From sequence record OR786310.1: a DNA stretch of 64,000 nucleotides; one strand, written 5' to 3'. The DNA comes from Escherichia phage ETEC-TG. Shown piece by piece: positions 35,798 through 45,943 of the stretch (position 1 is its first letter; every line of letters starts with the position of its first letter). Position numbers and translations under genes: made by a program. The notes below the pieces were generated by a model. It did no database searches, was not told the DNA's origin, and saw only the letters and a list, made by a program, of their open reading frames with translations.

Positions 35798-36343
35798 ATG
35801 ATATTTACAAACTTTAAAAAATATATTCCTGAAGACCCTGAACTAAAAGAATTGGTAGAAGCAGAGAACATTCTTTTTCTTCGTTGCGATCAAGGTTACG
35901 ATTGGTATGATTTACGTAGCACAGAATTCAATAACGATAAAATGAAAGTCGTTTTTGATGATCAAAATCGTATTGTGTTTTGGAATACTGATCCTACACT
36001 ACTTTGCCCTGAAGATCTTTCTATAGCACAAGTAGATTTTAATATAGATACTTTTGAGGATATTAGGAACAAGGTTCTGGATTTAGAAACCTTAACTCTT
36101 AAGGATAAAGAGTATTCCCGTGAAGAGTTGATGACACAAGCTAGTGCAAAAATTCGCTCTTTACAAGAAACAGCGGTAGCACTTATAACACCTTTACAGT
36201 ATGCTAAAGATTTAGAAATGGCTACTGAAGACGAATTAGCTTATCTTAAAAATCTTCAAGTTTATGTAGTTAAACTAAATCGTGTTCCGCTTCAAAAAGA
36301 CTATCCTTACGCTATAGATTGGCCTACATTACCGACAGAATAA
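35798..36343 (+). CDS. tail fibre assembly protein (putative)
   Basis: 181 aa immediately downstream of fibre gene. Confidence 0.35.
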   Translation: MIFTNFKKYIPEDPELKELVEAENILFLRCDQGYDWYDLRSTEFNNDKMKVVFDDQNRIVFWNTDPTLLCPEDLSIAQVDFNIDTFEDIRNKVLDLETLTLKDKEYSREELMTQASAKIRSLQETAVALITPLQYAKDLEMATEDELAYLKNLQVYVVKLNRVPLQKDYPYAIDWPTLPTE

Positions 36344-36352
36344 GGGATCACT

Positions 36353-36688
36353 ATGGAATTTCAAGAAGCATGGGGACTTGCAAAGGATGCAATAATCCCT
36401 TTAATCGGAGTCATCTGGTTCTTTTTCAAACAAAAAATGGATAAATTCGGCTCTGATCTTGAGGAAATGGAGGAGAAAAGTCGAGAGCTAGAGAAGAAGT
36501 TGGTCTTTGTTGAATCAACTTACGCAACTAAAGCCGAACTTACCCAGATGCTAAATCAAATTAACTCTACATTAATGGCAAATAACAACACCCTTGAGCA
36601 AAAAATTGAAAAGATTATGGACCTCAAGAATGCGACTATCCAAATGATGCTAGATGACATAGTTAAACGTACACAGAATAAGGGGTAA
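36353..36688 (+). CDS. membrane-anchored coiled-coil protein
   Basis: N-terminal hydrophobic helix IIPLIGVIWFFF then coiled-coil. Confidence 0.3.
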   Translation: MEFQEAWGLAKDAIIPLIGVIWFFFKQKMDKFGSDLEEMEEKSRELEKKLVFVESTYATKAELTQMLNQINSTLMANNNTLEQKIEKIMDLKNATIQMMLDDIVKRTQNKG

Positions 36689-36691
36689 TTA

Positions 36692-39600
36692 ATGGCAACA
36701 TTCCCAACATATCCAGCAACGTCTCTCGAACAGGGCGTAGACCTGGTTATTTTCTCATCTAACCAACTCCATGATGTTATTAATGGAAGTGCTACAGAGA
36801 GTATTGAAACAGAATCAGGGTTGATACCAACCCTGAGAAAAGCCCTTGTTGACAACTTTTTCTTTAAAAGCCCATTGGATTGGGCGCAAGGCACAAACGA
36901 AACAGTTTTTAACCAACTTCGTTATTTCCAGAATGGAGTATTGAGCGGTTATTACTATGCTCCTAACGCTACATTGGTTAACCCAATCCCTATGCAAGGG
37001 ACTCCAGTAGGAGATAACAACTGGGTATTGTGGGGACTGAAAACAGAACAATTAGCAACAGAAGTCACCCCGTGGGTATACTCTGGTGCAACTGGTTATG
37101 AAACAGTAATTAGTCCTCCTTACATCTTTGATAGTGCTATTGTTACGATCAATGGTGTTATTCAGGTTCTGGGGGAAGCTTTCCGTATAGAAGACAGTAA
37201 GATCATCTTATCTGAACCTTTGGGACACGATCCTGCAACAGGACTGCCAAACAAGCTTTTTGCTTATATTGGTAAAATCGTAGCTTCAGCAGATACAGAT
37301 CCTAATCTAGAGAACCGTCTTGTTAGTTTAGAAACAAAAACGGAAGAACTAACAGAAAGCATGGATAAAGTCCCTCTGCAAGCTATTGCTCGTAAGTATG
37401 GTTTGTTAGATGATGAGGTGGCTTACGCAACAGCAGGTCAATCGTTAACAGGGATTAAAGCTCTGTATGATCCGGTAGCACAGTCTTCCTACACATTACC
37501 TCCTAACATCACAGGAACTTTAACATCCTTATCTGTTTCTGGAGTAATGACTTATTCTGGAGGATCTGTAGACCTTTCTGCACTGGCTGTTGAGCGTGGA
37601 CAGTTTGTTCATTTGCCTACAAGCTTTGGTAATAACGTAACTCTGACAGCTAAAAATCAGACGATTGGACGTGGTGCTGGTCGTTATCGTTGGGCTGGAA
37701 GTTTACCAAAAAGTATTTTGGCCTCTGATACATTGGAGACAAGCGGAGGATTAGGTCCAAATGCATGGGTTCTGACTAATACAGAAGGACTGTTAACCCC
37801 TCGTGGTGGAACATACAACGATCTATTCGATGTTGTCTACTTGTCAGAATTTGCTAACAATACAACTACCTATACCACACCAGAAGCAGCTTTCCAGGCG
37901 GCACTGTTAGCAGCAAAAGCTTCGAAAAGCAAGATTCTCGATGCTTACGGTTGCGACATGACTTTCACGACAAGCTCTTTTGATATTCAAGATATCACTT
38001 TGCGTGGTGGTGTGTTCCGTGGTCAACGCGACTATCGTGTGCAGAATGCTACAGTAGAAGGCACAACTTTCCGTAACTCTCGTGTTATGTATTGGGGTGG
38101 TGCTGTGCGCATGTTCGATTGTTTGTGGGACGGTGCTCCTCGCGCAGGTCAAGTTGGTAGCTTGGTATTCCAAGGCAACCCAATATCAGGTACTTTTGAA
38201 ATTGATAATTGTACTTTTAAAAACGGGTTATATGGCATTCTTCAACAAGGAACAGGGGAACCAGTAACACGCGGTGTCTTCCGTAACCTTACCTTCATGG
38301 ACATGCAAGGTGATGCAATAGAACTGAACGTCATCAATAAACATTATGACGATGGTTGTGTGATTGAGAATATTTACCTGTCTAATATCGATGGGACTAA
38401 CGCTCCTATTCCTCTGTCCAACTGGGGTATCGGTATCGGTGTAGCTGGTAAAGGACCATATGGTTACGGAATCCCTGATGATCAATATTGTAAGAACATT
38501 ACAATTCGTAACGTTTTTGCAAAACGTTGTCGTCAGATTGTCCACGTAGAAGTTGGTCGTAATATCTCTATCGAAAACATTCATGGCGATCCAGATCAAA
38601 CCGTATCTGTTGGGACAGGTTTGGCAACTGGCGCAGTTGTAATGTATGGAAGTAAAGACTTTACGATTGATGGTGTTTATGGAGAGCCTAAAACAGACGG
38701 TAGCACACTTGCAAGTAATATCCGTATGATTTACTTGGAGTGGGGAACTAACGCAGTTCTGGATGAAGAGGGTAATCCGGTAGTTCCGGCACAAGGCAGA
38801 CCTTCAAACCCATGCTTTAACTATTCTGTTCGTAACATTCACACCAAAACTGGGCGTGTTTTTGCGGGAGTTTCCGCTGGGCCAGGTTATGAAAACAGAG
38901 TTAGCTTTGAAAATATTCGTTGCGCTGCCTTGCAGTTGTTCGGTATAGCTTCTTGGCTTTCAATGTCTAACATCACCTGTAATATCTTCGATTGTGTTGG
39001 TCAACCTGAATCTGGTCCAGGGACATTTTATGATGGATTCTTCCGTAGAGAAAAATCTGTTCTTGAAATGGTTAACGTAAACTGTTACCCAGATGGCAAG
39101 ACGATGGTTACTGGTCGTCCACAGTGGAGCCGTTGCCGTTACTCGGATATTCATCGTGTCAACTGTAATGTTGAAGCTAATATGTATACCAATATCGCAG
39201 GTGGTATTGGAGCTATTGTAGGGACAACGGGCAAAGTTTATTACTTAGAGCCTAATCCTAGTCGAAACATTGATGGAATGCATTTCCCAACAGGGAAAGA
39301 GTTTGACAAAGGGGATATGATAGTCAAGGCGGATAATACGTTCTTCCTTGTAACAACAAGTGGGGCATATATTCCAGATATCCCAGCTTTCGGTATTCGA
39401 GCTACACAGGCAGGAGATACCTTCCTGACACAGAACTTGACTCCTAACGGGACAGCAACAAATGCTTCTTGGTTGTATCATTACCCTCTGTCAGCAGGGA
39501 CACGTATCCGTATTCCTGGCGCTGGTGTAGGTGGAGCAGATTTGGACACAGTTATTACTCGTGCACCTTATCAAGATAATGATACGTGGACTAACCCAGT

Positions 39601-39745
39601 TAAAATAGACATTGCAGATCCAATTGTAACGCCTACAAGTGCTGGAGTTAGAATTAAAACCATACCTAATGATTCCAGTAATGTTTCTGTAGGTAATACT
39701 GCGGTTATTCGCCCAACGCCAGTAGTAGATGTGCCAACAACCTAA
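36692..39745 (+). CDS. tailspike / tail fibre protein (large)
   Basis: 1017 aa, beta-helix-like composition in the tail fibre region. Confidence 0.45.
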   Translation: MATFPTYPATSLEQGVDLVIFSSNQLHDVINGSATESIETESGLIPTLRKALVDNFFFKSPLDWAQGTNETVFNQLRYFQNGVLSGYYYAPNATLVNPIPMQGTPVGDNNWVLWGLKTEQLATEVTPWVYSGATGYETVISPPYIFDSAIVTINGVIQVLGEAFRIEDSKIILSEPLGHDPATGLPNKLFAYIGKIVASADTDPNLENRLVSLETKTEELTESMDKVPLQAIARKYGLLDDEVAYATAGQSLTGIKALYDPVAQSSYTLPPNITGTLTSLSVSGVMTYSGGSVDLSALAVERGQFVHLPTSFGNNVTLTAKNQTIGRGAGRYRWAGSLPKSILASDTLETSGGLGPNAWVLTNTEGLLTPRGGTYNDLFDVVYLSEFANNTTTYTTPEAAFQAALLAAKASKSKILDAYGCDMTFTTSSFDIQDITLRGGVFRGQRDYRVQNATVEGTTFRNSRVMYWGGAVRMFDCLWDGAPRAGQVGSLVFQGNPISGTFEIDNCTFKNGLYGILQQGTGEPVTRGVFRNLTFMDMQGDAIELNVINKHYDDGCVIENIYLSNIDGTNAPIPLSNWGIGIGVAGKGPYGYGIPDDQYCKNITIRNVFAKRCRQIVHVEVGRNISIENIHGDPDQTVSVGTGLATGAVVMYGSKDFTIDGVYGEPKTDGSTLASNIRMIYLEWGTNAVLDEEGNPVVPAQGRPSNPCFNYSVRNIHTKTGRVFAGVSAGPGYENRVSFENIRCAALQLFGIASWLSMSNITCNIFDCVGQPESGPGTFYDGFFRREKSVLEMVNVNCYPDGKTMVTGRPQWSRCRYSDIHRVNCNVEANMYTNIAGGIGAIVGTTGKVYYLEPNPSRNIDGMHFPTGKEFDKGDMIVKADNTFFLVTTSGAYIPDIPAFGIRATQAGDTFLTQNLTPNGTATNASWLYHYPLSAGTRIRIPGAGVGGADLDTVITRAPYQDNDTWTNPVKIDIADPIVTPTSAGVRIKTIPNDSSNVSVGNTAVIRPTPVVDVPTT

Positions 39746-39806
39746 TGGAATAGAGGGGGATTCCCCCTCTTCTTCCAATAGAATGGTCTAATGATAGGAG
39801 AGATAA

Positions 39807-41831
39807 ATGAATTTAACAAGACCTAATAGTGCGATAGCCGATCTGGTAGAAGCTACTTATCGAAAACGTCGCAGCTTTGAGGCAGGTTTTACATTACGTA
39901 ATTCCCGTGAAGTTTTGCTGTTAGCAGCAGAAGGGAATTATTACCAATGGAAAGGAACTTTTCCTAAAGTTGTTCCAGCAAACTCTACGCCAGCCACCAC
40001 AGGTGGTATTTCTTCCCTTGCATGGCAAAGTGTTGGGACTGCTGATGATATAGCAATTATCAATGCCAAGTTTACGGCAATGCAGCAACAGATTGATGAT
40101 CTGTCGGAAACAATACCTGAAGCTGGTAAATCGGCTTATCAGATCGCACTTGATAATGGTTTTGTTGGAACAGAAGCACAATGGCTTGCTTCTTTGAAAG
40201 GGGATACTGGTGCTCAACTTAATATTAAAGGATCATTAGCAAACACTAGTGAACTACCATCCACAGGTAACGTTGCAGGGGATGGTTATATCGTAGGTGA
40301 TGTAATCTACGCTTGGGATGGTTCTGTTTGGAAACTTATTTCTTCTCTTGGGCCAGAAGGTAAATCAGCTTACGAGGTATGGTTGGCAGATGGTAATACA
40401 GGATCTGTTTATGATTTTCTTACCTCTATAAAAGGTGATAAAGGTGATGTTGGTCCTACAGGGCCACAGGGAGCACCTGGTGTTAACGCCAACGGTTTTG
40501 ATTATCGTGGGGATTTGCCTTCTACAAGTAACTTACCACAACCAAACTCTGAAAACGTAAGTCAAGCTTATTCTATCAATGGTAATCTTTATGTCTCTAA
40601 TGGGACAGCTTGGGTCAACATGGGTAATATTGTTGGTCCTCAAGGTCCACAAGGTGAGGCAGGTAAAGACGGTCTTGATGGAACAGATGGAGATGAAGGG
40701 AAATCTGCATATCAAAGTTGGCTGGATGCTGGTAATGAAGGGACAGAAGTAGATTTTATTGCCTCACTTAAAGGTCCAAAAGGAGACAAAGGTGATCAAG
40801 GAGAGCGAGGTCCACAAGGTGAACTAGGTCCACAAGGACCAGTGGGTGCAACAGGATCAGGCTTAGATATTATCGGGGTTCTGAACAGTGAAGCTGAACT
40901 TCCTCCTACCGGAGAAGTAGGTGATGCATATAAAATTAATAATGATTTATATGTTTGGGTTCAAGATGCTACGGAATGGATGAATGTTGGCAGTCTTGGA
41001 GGAACATCAATTACAGCTAAAGGTCATGTTCCGAACAGTGAAGCTCTCCCTGTTTATAATAACTATGGCGATGCCTACTTAACTGAAGACACTAGTAATC
41101 TTTACATCTATACCTACGATCAAGACACCAATTCCGCATCTTTTGTTGACATGGGAAGTATTAAAGGCGACAAAGGTGAAAAAGGGGATAAAGGAGATAA
41201 GGGTGATCCTGGAACAAACGGAACCAACGGTACTGATGGGACCAACGGTAAGGACGGCGCACAGTGGTTTGTAGCAACAACTAATCCAGTTGCAGGAGAC
41301 GGTGTTATCAATGATTACGCCTTCAATACTACCACTGGAGCAGTGTTTAAGAAAACAGATTCTTCTACGTGGACGCTTATAGGCACTCTTCCTAGTATAC
41401 CAGAAGCCCCTCAAGACGGCTTGACGTATGGTCGGTCTGATGGAAACTGGATCGAAATATCAGGATCAGATCCTACGGAAGCTATAACACCAACTAGAGT
41501 TACAGCAGGTTTCATGGAACTTGAAACAACTGCTGCCAACTCTGGAGCATCTTGGACTCCTTCTGGAACTTCCAATATGTATGTTGTTACAGTAACTGAT
41601 GCTCTGACAGTTGGAGCATGGCCTGGTGTCACTGGCTCTACAAAACCTAAAGCGTTTTCAGCAATGATTTATTTGATTCAAGATACAACGGGACACACGG
41701 TTACACTAGATGCGTCTTATGGAGCACTAAATGATACAGAAATAGCAACTGCTGCTAACGCAGTAACAATTTTGCAATTAACGTATCCTGGTGTGGGTGA
41801 TATCGTGGACATGGTTGTTGTAACACGATAA
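39807..41831 (+). CDS. tail fibre protein with collagen-like and phage-fibre repeats
   Basis: G-x-x runs (GDKGEKGDKGDKGDPGTNGTNGTDGTNGKDG); three copies of GKSAYxxWLxxGxxGTExxxxxSLKG. Confidence 0.6.
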   Translation: MNLTRPNSAIADLVEATYRKRRSFEAGFTLRNSREVLLLAAEGNYYQWKGTFPKVVPANSTPATTGGISSLAWQSVGTADDIAIINAKFTAMQQQIDDLSETIPEAGKSAYQIALDNGFVGTEAQWLASLKGDTGAQLNIKGSLANTSELPSTGNVAGDGYIVGDVIYAWDGSVWKLISSLGPEGKSAYEVWLADGNTGSVYDFLTSIKGDKGDVGPTGPQGAPGVNANGFDYRGDLPSTSNLPQPNSENVSQAYSINGNLYVSNGTAWVNMGNIVGPQGPQGEAGKDGLDGTDGDEGKSAYQSWLDAGNEGTEVDFIASLKGPKGDKGDQGERGPQGELGPQGPVGATGSGLDIIGVLNSEAELPPTGEVGDAYKINNDLYVWVQDATEWMNVGSLGGTSITAKGHVPNSEALPVYNNYGDAYLTEDTSNLYIYTYDQDTNSASFVDMGSIKGDKGEKGDKGDKGDPGTNGTNGTDGTNGKDGAQWFVATTNPVAGDGVINDYAFNTTTGAVFKKTDSSTWTLIGTLPSIPEAPQDGLTYGRSDGNWIEISGSDPTEAITPTRVTAGFMELETTAANSGASWTPSGTSNMYVVTVTDALTVGAWPGVTGSTKPKAFSAMIYLIQDTTGHTVTLDASYGALNDTEIATAANAVTILQLTYPGVGDIVDMVVVTR

Positions 41832-41835
41832 CAGA

Positions 41836-41859
41836 AGCCCCGAAAGGGGCTTTCTTTTT
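41836..41859 (+). terminator. Rho-independent terminator (GNRA tetraloop)
   Basis: GCCCC-gaaa-GGGGC followed by TTTCTTTTT. Confidence 0.65.
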
Positions 41860-41872
41860 ATGGAGGGTTTAA

Positions 41873-44545
41873 ATGTTTCCAATTCCAATATTTACTATTA
41901 TGACCAGCACTGGTGTCGTTCCTCTGCCAGCGGGTATTGTTAAAAAAGTAATCACTTTAGATTACCCAGATAATGCTGGTAATTCTAACAGCAGTTTAGC
42001 AATTTTGCTTAATGATGGTAGATTGTTTACTCAAGGCGCAAACCTTTTTGGTGAGATTGCAGATGGAACTCGTAGTGCACGATTCAATAATTTCCACTTA
42101 GCTTCTACTGTAGTAGCGGATGTGTTTACCGCAGATCGTTGTTTTGTTATTAAAACTAACAGCGGGGGATGGCAATATTCAGGATTGACAGCAGGGTTGG
42201 TAGGATCTATAGCAGCAGGTGGTACGGATGCATGTGTAACTACTTGGACCAGCTTTCCATCTGTAATAACAGGGACTATCTCTTTAGCCAATCTTAAAGA
42301 GGTTAAAGGAGGGTATAACAATACTCTTTGGTTAATGAATAGCGGTGTTCTTTATGGATCGGGTCAAAACACAGTAGGCAGTTTAGGTGCAAGCACTACT
42401 AACGAAGTTTCTACTCCCCGTCAGATAACAAGTTCAGCAGTTGCTTTTGATGCAGGTTATAACCAATGCTCTTATGTCAACAATGCGGGAACCTTGCGTG
42501 TTTGTGGAGCTAGTAAAGGTTTAGCAGGTAATAATAACACAACAACCGCTTTTGTCAATGCCACGATATCCACTACTGAAACAGTGTATGTCAAAGATTA
42601 CATCAATACAGTTTCCCAGACAATAGTTGTAGGAGATACCTCCGGTGGCGCGGGTACAGTAAACTACTTATATGTTAGATCTAATACAGAAACAACCTAC
42701 ACTAAACTGGACACCTTTGCAGCAGGTTTCTCAACATGGAAATTTCCACCAAGCCGCCACTCTTTTTTCGTTGGGATCAATAATTCCTTGTGGGCTATTG
42801 GTAAGAACTACACTGCAAACTTAGGTTTGGGATATGATTCTGCGAGCGGAGATCCACTCCAAGTGGGAAAACCAGTTAAACCTGAAGGAGTGGGTTCCTG
42901 GGATATAAACAAGCTCACAAGCGTTCATACGTTGAATATGGATATTACTAACCAATTAGGTTATCAAGGAACCTTTTTCGTTTATAACGGGGATATGTAT
43001 TATTCCGGTATTTGGAAAGATGGGAAAGCCTCGTATCTGTTCAATAGTGGTCTAAACTATAATAAATTCACACCAATAGCAAGCTCCGTGATTACGGGGG
43101 ATGTTCTGGCAACTGGCTTAACTACAGATTCTTTAGGAATTTGTATTGTAGGTGGAACTAAACAGTTGACACATTCTGTTAGCCCGGAAGGAGGTAAACT
43201 TTTCAATATTAAATACACTTCTTCTGTCCCTGCAAACATGACAATATCATCTACTGGTTTAATGACTTTCCATGCAGAAGGTGGTTTTGATGCAGGTATG
43301 ACAGCCTTAAACGCTGAAGGAACAACTTTATCAGATACCTCTGGAGGATATGCTTCAACATTGAGTGTTTACACCCCTAGCTTATCTGCGATGGATGTAG
43401 GAACAACACAAACAATGGTAGCAGAAATAACGCCAACAGGAGCAGCAAGCTTACCTGGTATGGTTGTTGAGTATACAACTACAGATCCTAATGTTGCTAC
43501 AGTAGATCCTACAACTGGTGTAATAACTGGTGTTGGTGATGGTGGTTGTAGAATTGGTTGCACAGCTACATATCAAGGTGTTGTTACCGCTTCTGATAGT
43601 TCTTATTTAACGGTGAACGCTGTTGCGGGAAAGGAGTTAGCTCCATCTCCGAGTAGTAGTTTAACGGTTCTAAACGGATATTTCAACCACTCGGCAGATG
43701 GGGCAATTACGTTCCCAATTTTATCGGGTACTGTCACACCAGCTAACTTTGTAGTTAAGGTGGATGACGTTGTAATACCTTCAAATAAAGTAATATTTAG
43801 AAATAAAGCTTTCTCTACAGTGGATAGTTATCCAGCAGGAGAATATAGACTGGCTATTGAATTTGCAAGTGCTTCAGTAGTGAATAGTGTTGATGTGTCT
43901 ATGGAAGCAAATCCAGATCTTTTAGAATTATGGGGCGGCAACAGAATTGGTTATTCTACAAGCCCAGCCTCACAATTCTTAAAAGGTTGTGCTAACTTAA
44001 GACGAATAACTTCTGATTGTTTTAGTAACACATCTTACACCGGAACATCTATAAGTGGTATCTTCTCTGGCTGTACAAGTTTGACAGCTATCCCTGAAGG
44101 ATTATTCAGTGATGCTTTATTTCCTTCAATGACAACAATGTCAAGCACGTTTGAAGGTTGTACATCTTTAACATCTATTCCTTCAGATTTATTTAAAAAT
44201 CTATCAAAAGTTACAAGATATTCTTACACCTTTAAAGATTGCACCTCTCTTGCAGAAGTTCCAGCAGGAATGTTTGATAATATTCCAACGAAAGTGACCT
44301 CTTTAACAGCTACATTCCAAGGTTGTTTAGCACTTACAGATTTTAATAAAATCTTTAATGACAACCCAGGGTTAACTGTTTGTGGTAAACGTGGAGCATT
44401 ATCTTCTTTCTTTAGTGGATGCACAAATCTTACAGGAACAGGAACAACATTAACAAATACATTAGGCGGAGTAGCTAATAGTTACCTATTCAGGTATTGC
44501 ACAAAACTTTCTGATTATAACAATATTCCTTCGGGTTATAAATAA
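41873..44545 (+). CDS. tail fibre/adhesin-like protein with C-terminal BspA-type leucine-rich repeats
   Basis: Seven approx 24-aa repeats F-x-G-C-T-S-L-T-x-I-P in the last approx 190 aa. Confidence 0.5.
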   Translation: MFPIPIFTIMTSTGVVPLPAGIVKKVITLDYPDNAGNSNSSLAILLNDGRLFTQGANLFGEIADGTRSARFNNFHLASTVVADVFTADRCFVIKTNSGGWQYSGLTAGLVGSIAAGGTDACVTTWTSFPSVITGTISLANLKEVKGGYNNTLWLMNSGVLYGSGQNTVGSLGASTTNEVSTPRQITSSAVAFDAGYNQCSYVNNAGTLRVCGASKGLAGNNNTTTAFVNATISTTETVYVKDYINTVSQTIVVGDTSGGAGTVNYLYVRSNTETTYTKLDTFAAGFSTWKFPPSRHSFFVGINNSLWAIGKNYTANLGLGYDSASGDPLQVGKPVKPEGVGSWDINKLTSVHTLNMDITNQLGYQGTFFVYNGDMYYSGIWKDGKASYLFNSGLNYNKFTPIASSVITGDVLATGLTTDSLGICIVGGTKQLTHSVSPEGGKLFNIKYTSSVPANMTISSTGLMTFHAEGGFDAGMTALNAEGTTLSDTSGGYASTLSVYTPSLSAMDVGTTQTMVAEITPTGAASLPGMVVEYTTTDPNVATVDPTTGVITGVGDGGCRIGCTATYQGVVTASDSSYLTVNAVAGKELAPSPSSSLTVLNGYFNHSADGAITFPILSGTVTPANFVVKVDDVVIPSNKVIFRNKAFSTVDSYPAGEYRLAIEFASASVVNSVDVSMEANPDLLELWGGNRIGYSTSPASQFLKGCANLRRITSDCFSNTSYTGTSISGIFSGCTSLTAIPEGLFSDALFPSMTTMSSTFEGCTSLTSIPSDLFKNLSKVTRYSYTFKDCTSLAEVPAGMFDNIPTKVTSLTATFQGCLALTDFNKIFNDNPGLTVCGKRGALSSFFSGCTNLTGTGTTLTNTLGGVANSYLFRYCTKLSDYNNIPSGYK

Positions 44546-44578
44546 GAAAAGGAGCCATTTGGCTCCTTTCTTTTATAA
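44546..44578. terminator. bidirectional terminator between convergent late and replication operons
   Basis: AAAAGGAGCC-attt-GGCTCCTTTCTTTT with A-run upstream and T-run downstream. Confidence 0.65.
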
Positions 44579-44601
44579 AAACTCTTTATAGATCAATAAG
44601 A

Positions 44602-45489
44602 TCAGAATGGAATATCATCATCGAAGTCCATTGGAGGTTCTTCTTGATTACTTGGAGTTGGTTCTGGTTGTGGTTCAGGTTTTTTAACTTCTTTCTTCTC
44701 TTCTTTCTTAGGTTGTTCTGCGGAACCACGAATGGCAGCAGCAACTTTATCAGACAAAGCTAGAACTTTACGAGCAGAGTCAATCAAATCTTCTACAGAT
44801 ACAGTCTTAATGGTATGGTCTTTACAAGCATTGAGGATAGCGTGACCAACAGATGCCCCAAGATCATAATCATTAATGTCAACGCCACGAGATTCAGCAA
44901 TTTCCGATTTCAGCGTGACAGTTGCAGATTGAACAACCCCAGCGATATCGAAAGCATCACCTTTAACACCATTACGAATCAGTTCCAGTGCACCATTTAC
45001 TGCGTGACCAGTTTCCAGACCTACAGTATCACGTTTTTTATAGGACTGCTTAGGAGCAGCATCGTTGGAACCTTTATTGCCAGAAGATTTGTTAGACTTC
45101 TGAACACCATCGGTAGACAATACTGTAATACGAGATTTTTTAGTATTGTAGTAAGTTTTACCGCCTTTATTATCAACGCGATCAATATCAATACTTACTT
45201 CTACACCTTTTTCAATAGTGATCCAATTATCACCTTCTTTGACTTGCAGGTTTTCATAACCTTCTTTCAGTTCAATGTCACCAAGAGAAATCCAAACACC
45301 TTTCTCATCTGGTTTAGCACCTTTCTCTTTCAGAACAAGAGAAGCTCGGTGAGTTGAAACAATCGTTTTTCCTTCCCAATGAAAAGTTTTAGGTTCAGCG
45401 AATTTATCCAGTTTAACGTAGTCTACGATACCAGTTGCATAAGTTACGGTTTTGCCTTTACGATCAGTTTCAGTATTAATTACGGACAT
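44602..45489 (-). CDS. SSB-like protein with host-type C-terminal tip
   Basis: C-terminus ...PPMDFDDDIPF matches the E. coli SSB tail; heads the replication block; N-terminal body not recognisably bacterial SSB. Confidence 0.55.
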   Translation of the reverse strand: MSVINTETDRKGKTVTYATGIVDYVKLDKFAEPKTFHWEGKTIVSTHRASLVLKEKGAKPDEKGVWISLGDIELKEGYENLQVKEGDNWITIEKGVEVSIDIDRVDNKGGKTYYNTKKSRITVLSTDGVQKSNKSSGNKGSNDAAPKQSYKKRDTVGLETGHAVNGALELIRNGVKGDAFDIAGVVQSATVTLKSEIAESRGVDINDYDLGASVGHAILNACKDHTIKTVSVEDLIDSARKVLALSDKVAAAIRGSAEQPKKEEKKEVKKPEPQPEPTPSNQEEPPMDFDDDIPF

Positions 45490-45505
45490 TATTATCTCCT
45501 CTACA

Positions 45506-45898
45506 TTACATTAATTTTGCACAGAAAGAGCGGAGTCTTTCCATATCATCTTGCTCTAACAGGTATTTACCTTTACCTATTCCAACTCCAATTTCACCAT
45601 TAGGGAAATGAACTATTTGCACTGGAAAACCTCCGAGTTTAATTGTGGCAGCTTTGCCTTCTTCGTCTATAACGTTTCGGATTGTATCTTGCAGTGAAAT
45701 GAATTCTTTGTTTGTAACAGTGGTTTCAATTATTTCAGATGTTTCAACACGAGCAGTTAGCTTCTTGTTTCCACCTTGAATAACCAAAATTTGAAAATAA
45801 AAAGAGTTGTCAAGACCTACAACATTTTTCTCAACTAGTGTCAAACTGGTATAGTTTCCATAAACAGTTTCAACAGCTATCTTAGAACGTTCAGTCAT
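45506..45898 (-). CDS. hypothetical protein
   Basis: Minus-strand promoter candidate upstream (TTGACA - 18 nt - TAGGAT at approx 45900-45940). Confidence 0.4.
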   Translation of the reverse strand: MTERSKIAVETVYGNYTSLTLVEKNVVGLDNSFYFQILVIQGGNKKLTARVETSEIIETTVTNKEFISLQDTIRNVIDEEGKAATIKLGGFPVQIVHFPNGEIGVGIGKGKYLLEQDDMERLRSFCAKLM

Positions 45899-45943
45899 TG
45901 AATGCTATCCTATCATAAAATGTTTAATATTGTCAAGCTTTAA

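Noticed and set aside
44815-45357. 180-aa plus-strand ORF
   Set aside because: Antisense to the SSB-like gene; no RBS and low-complexity product.
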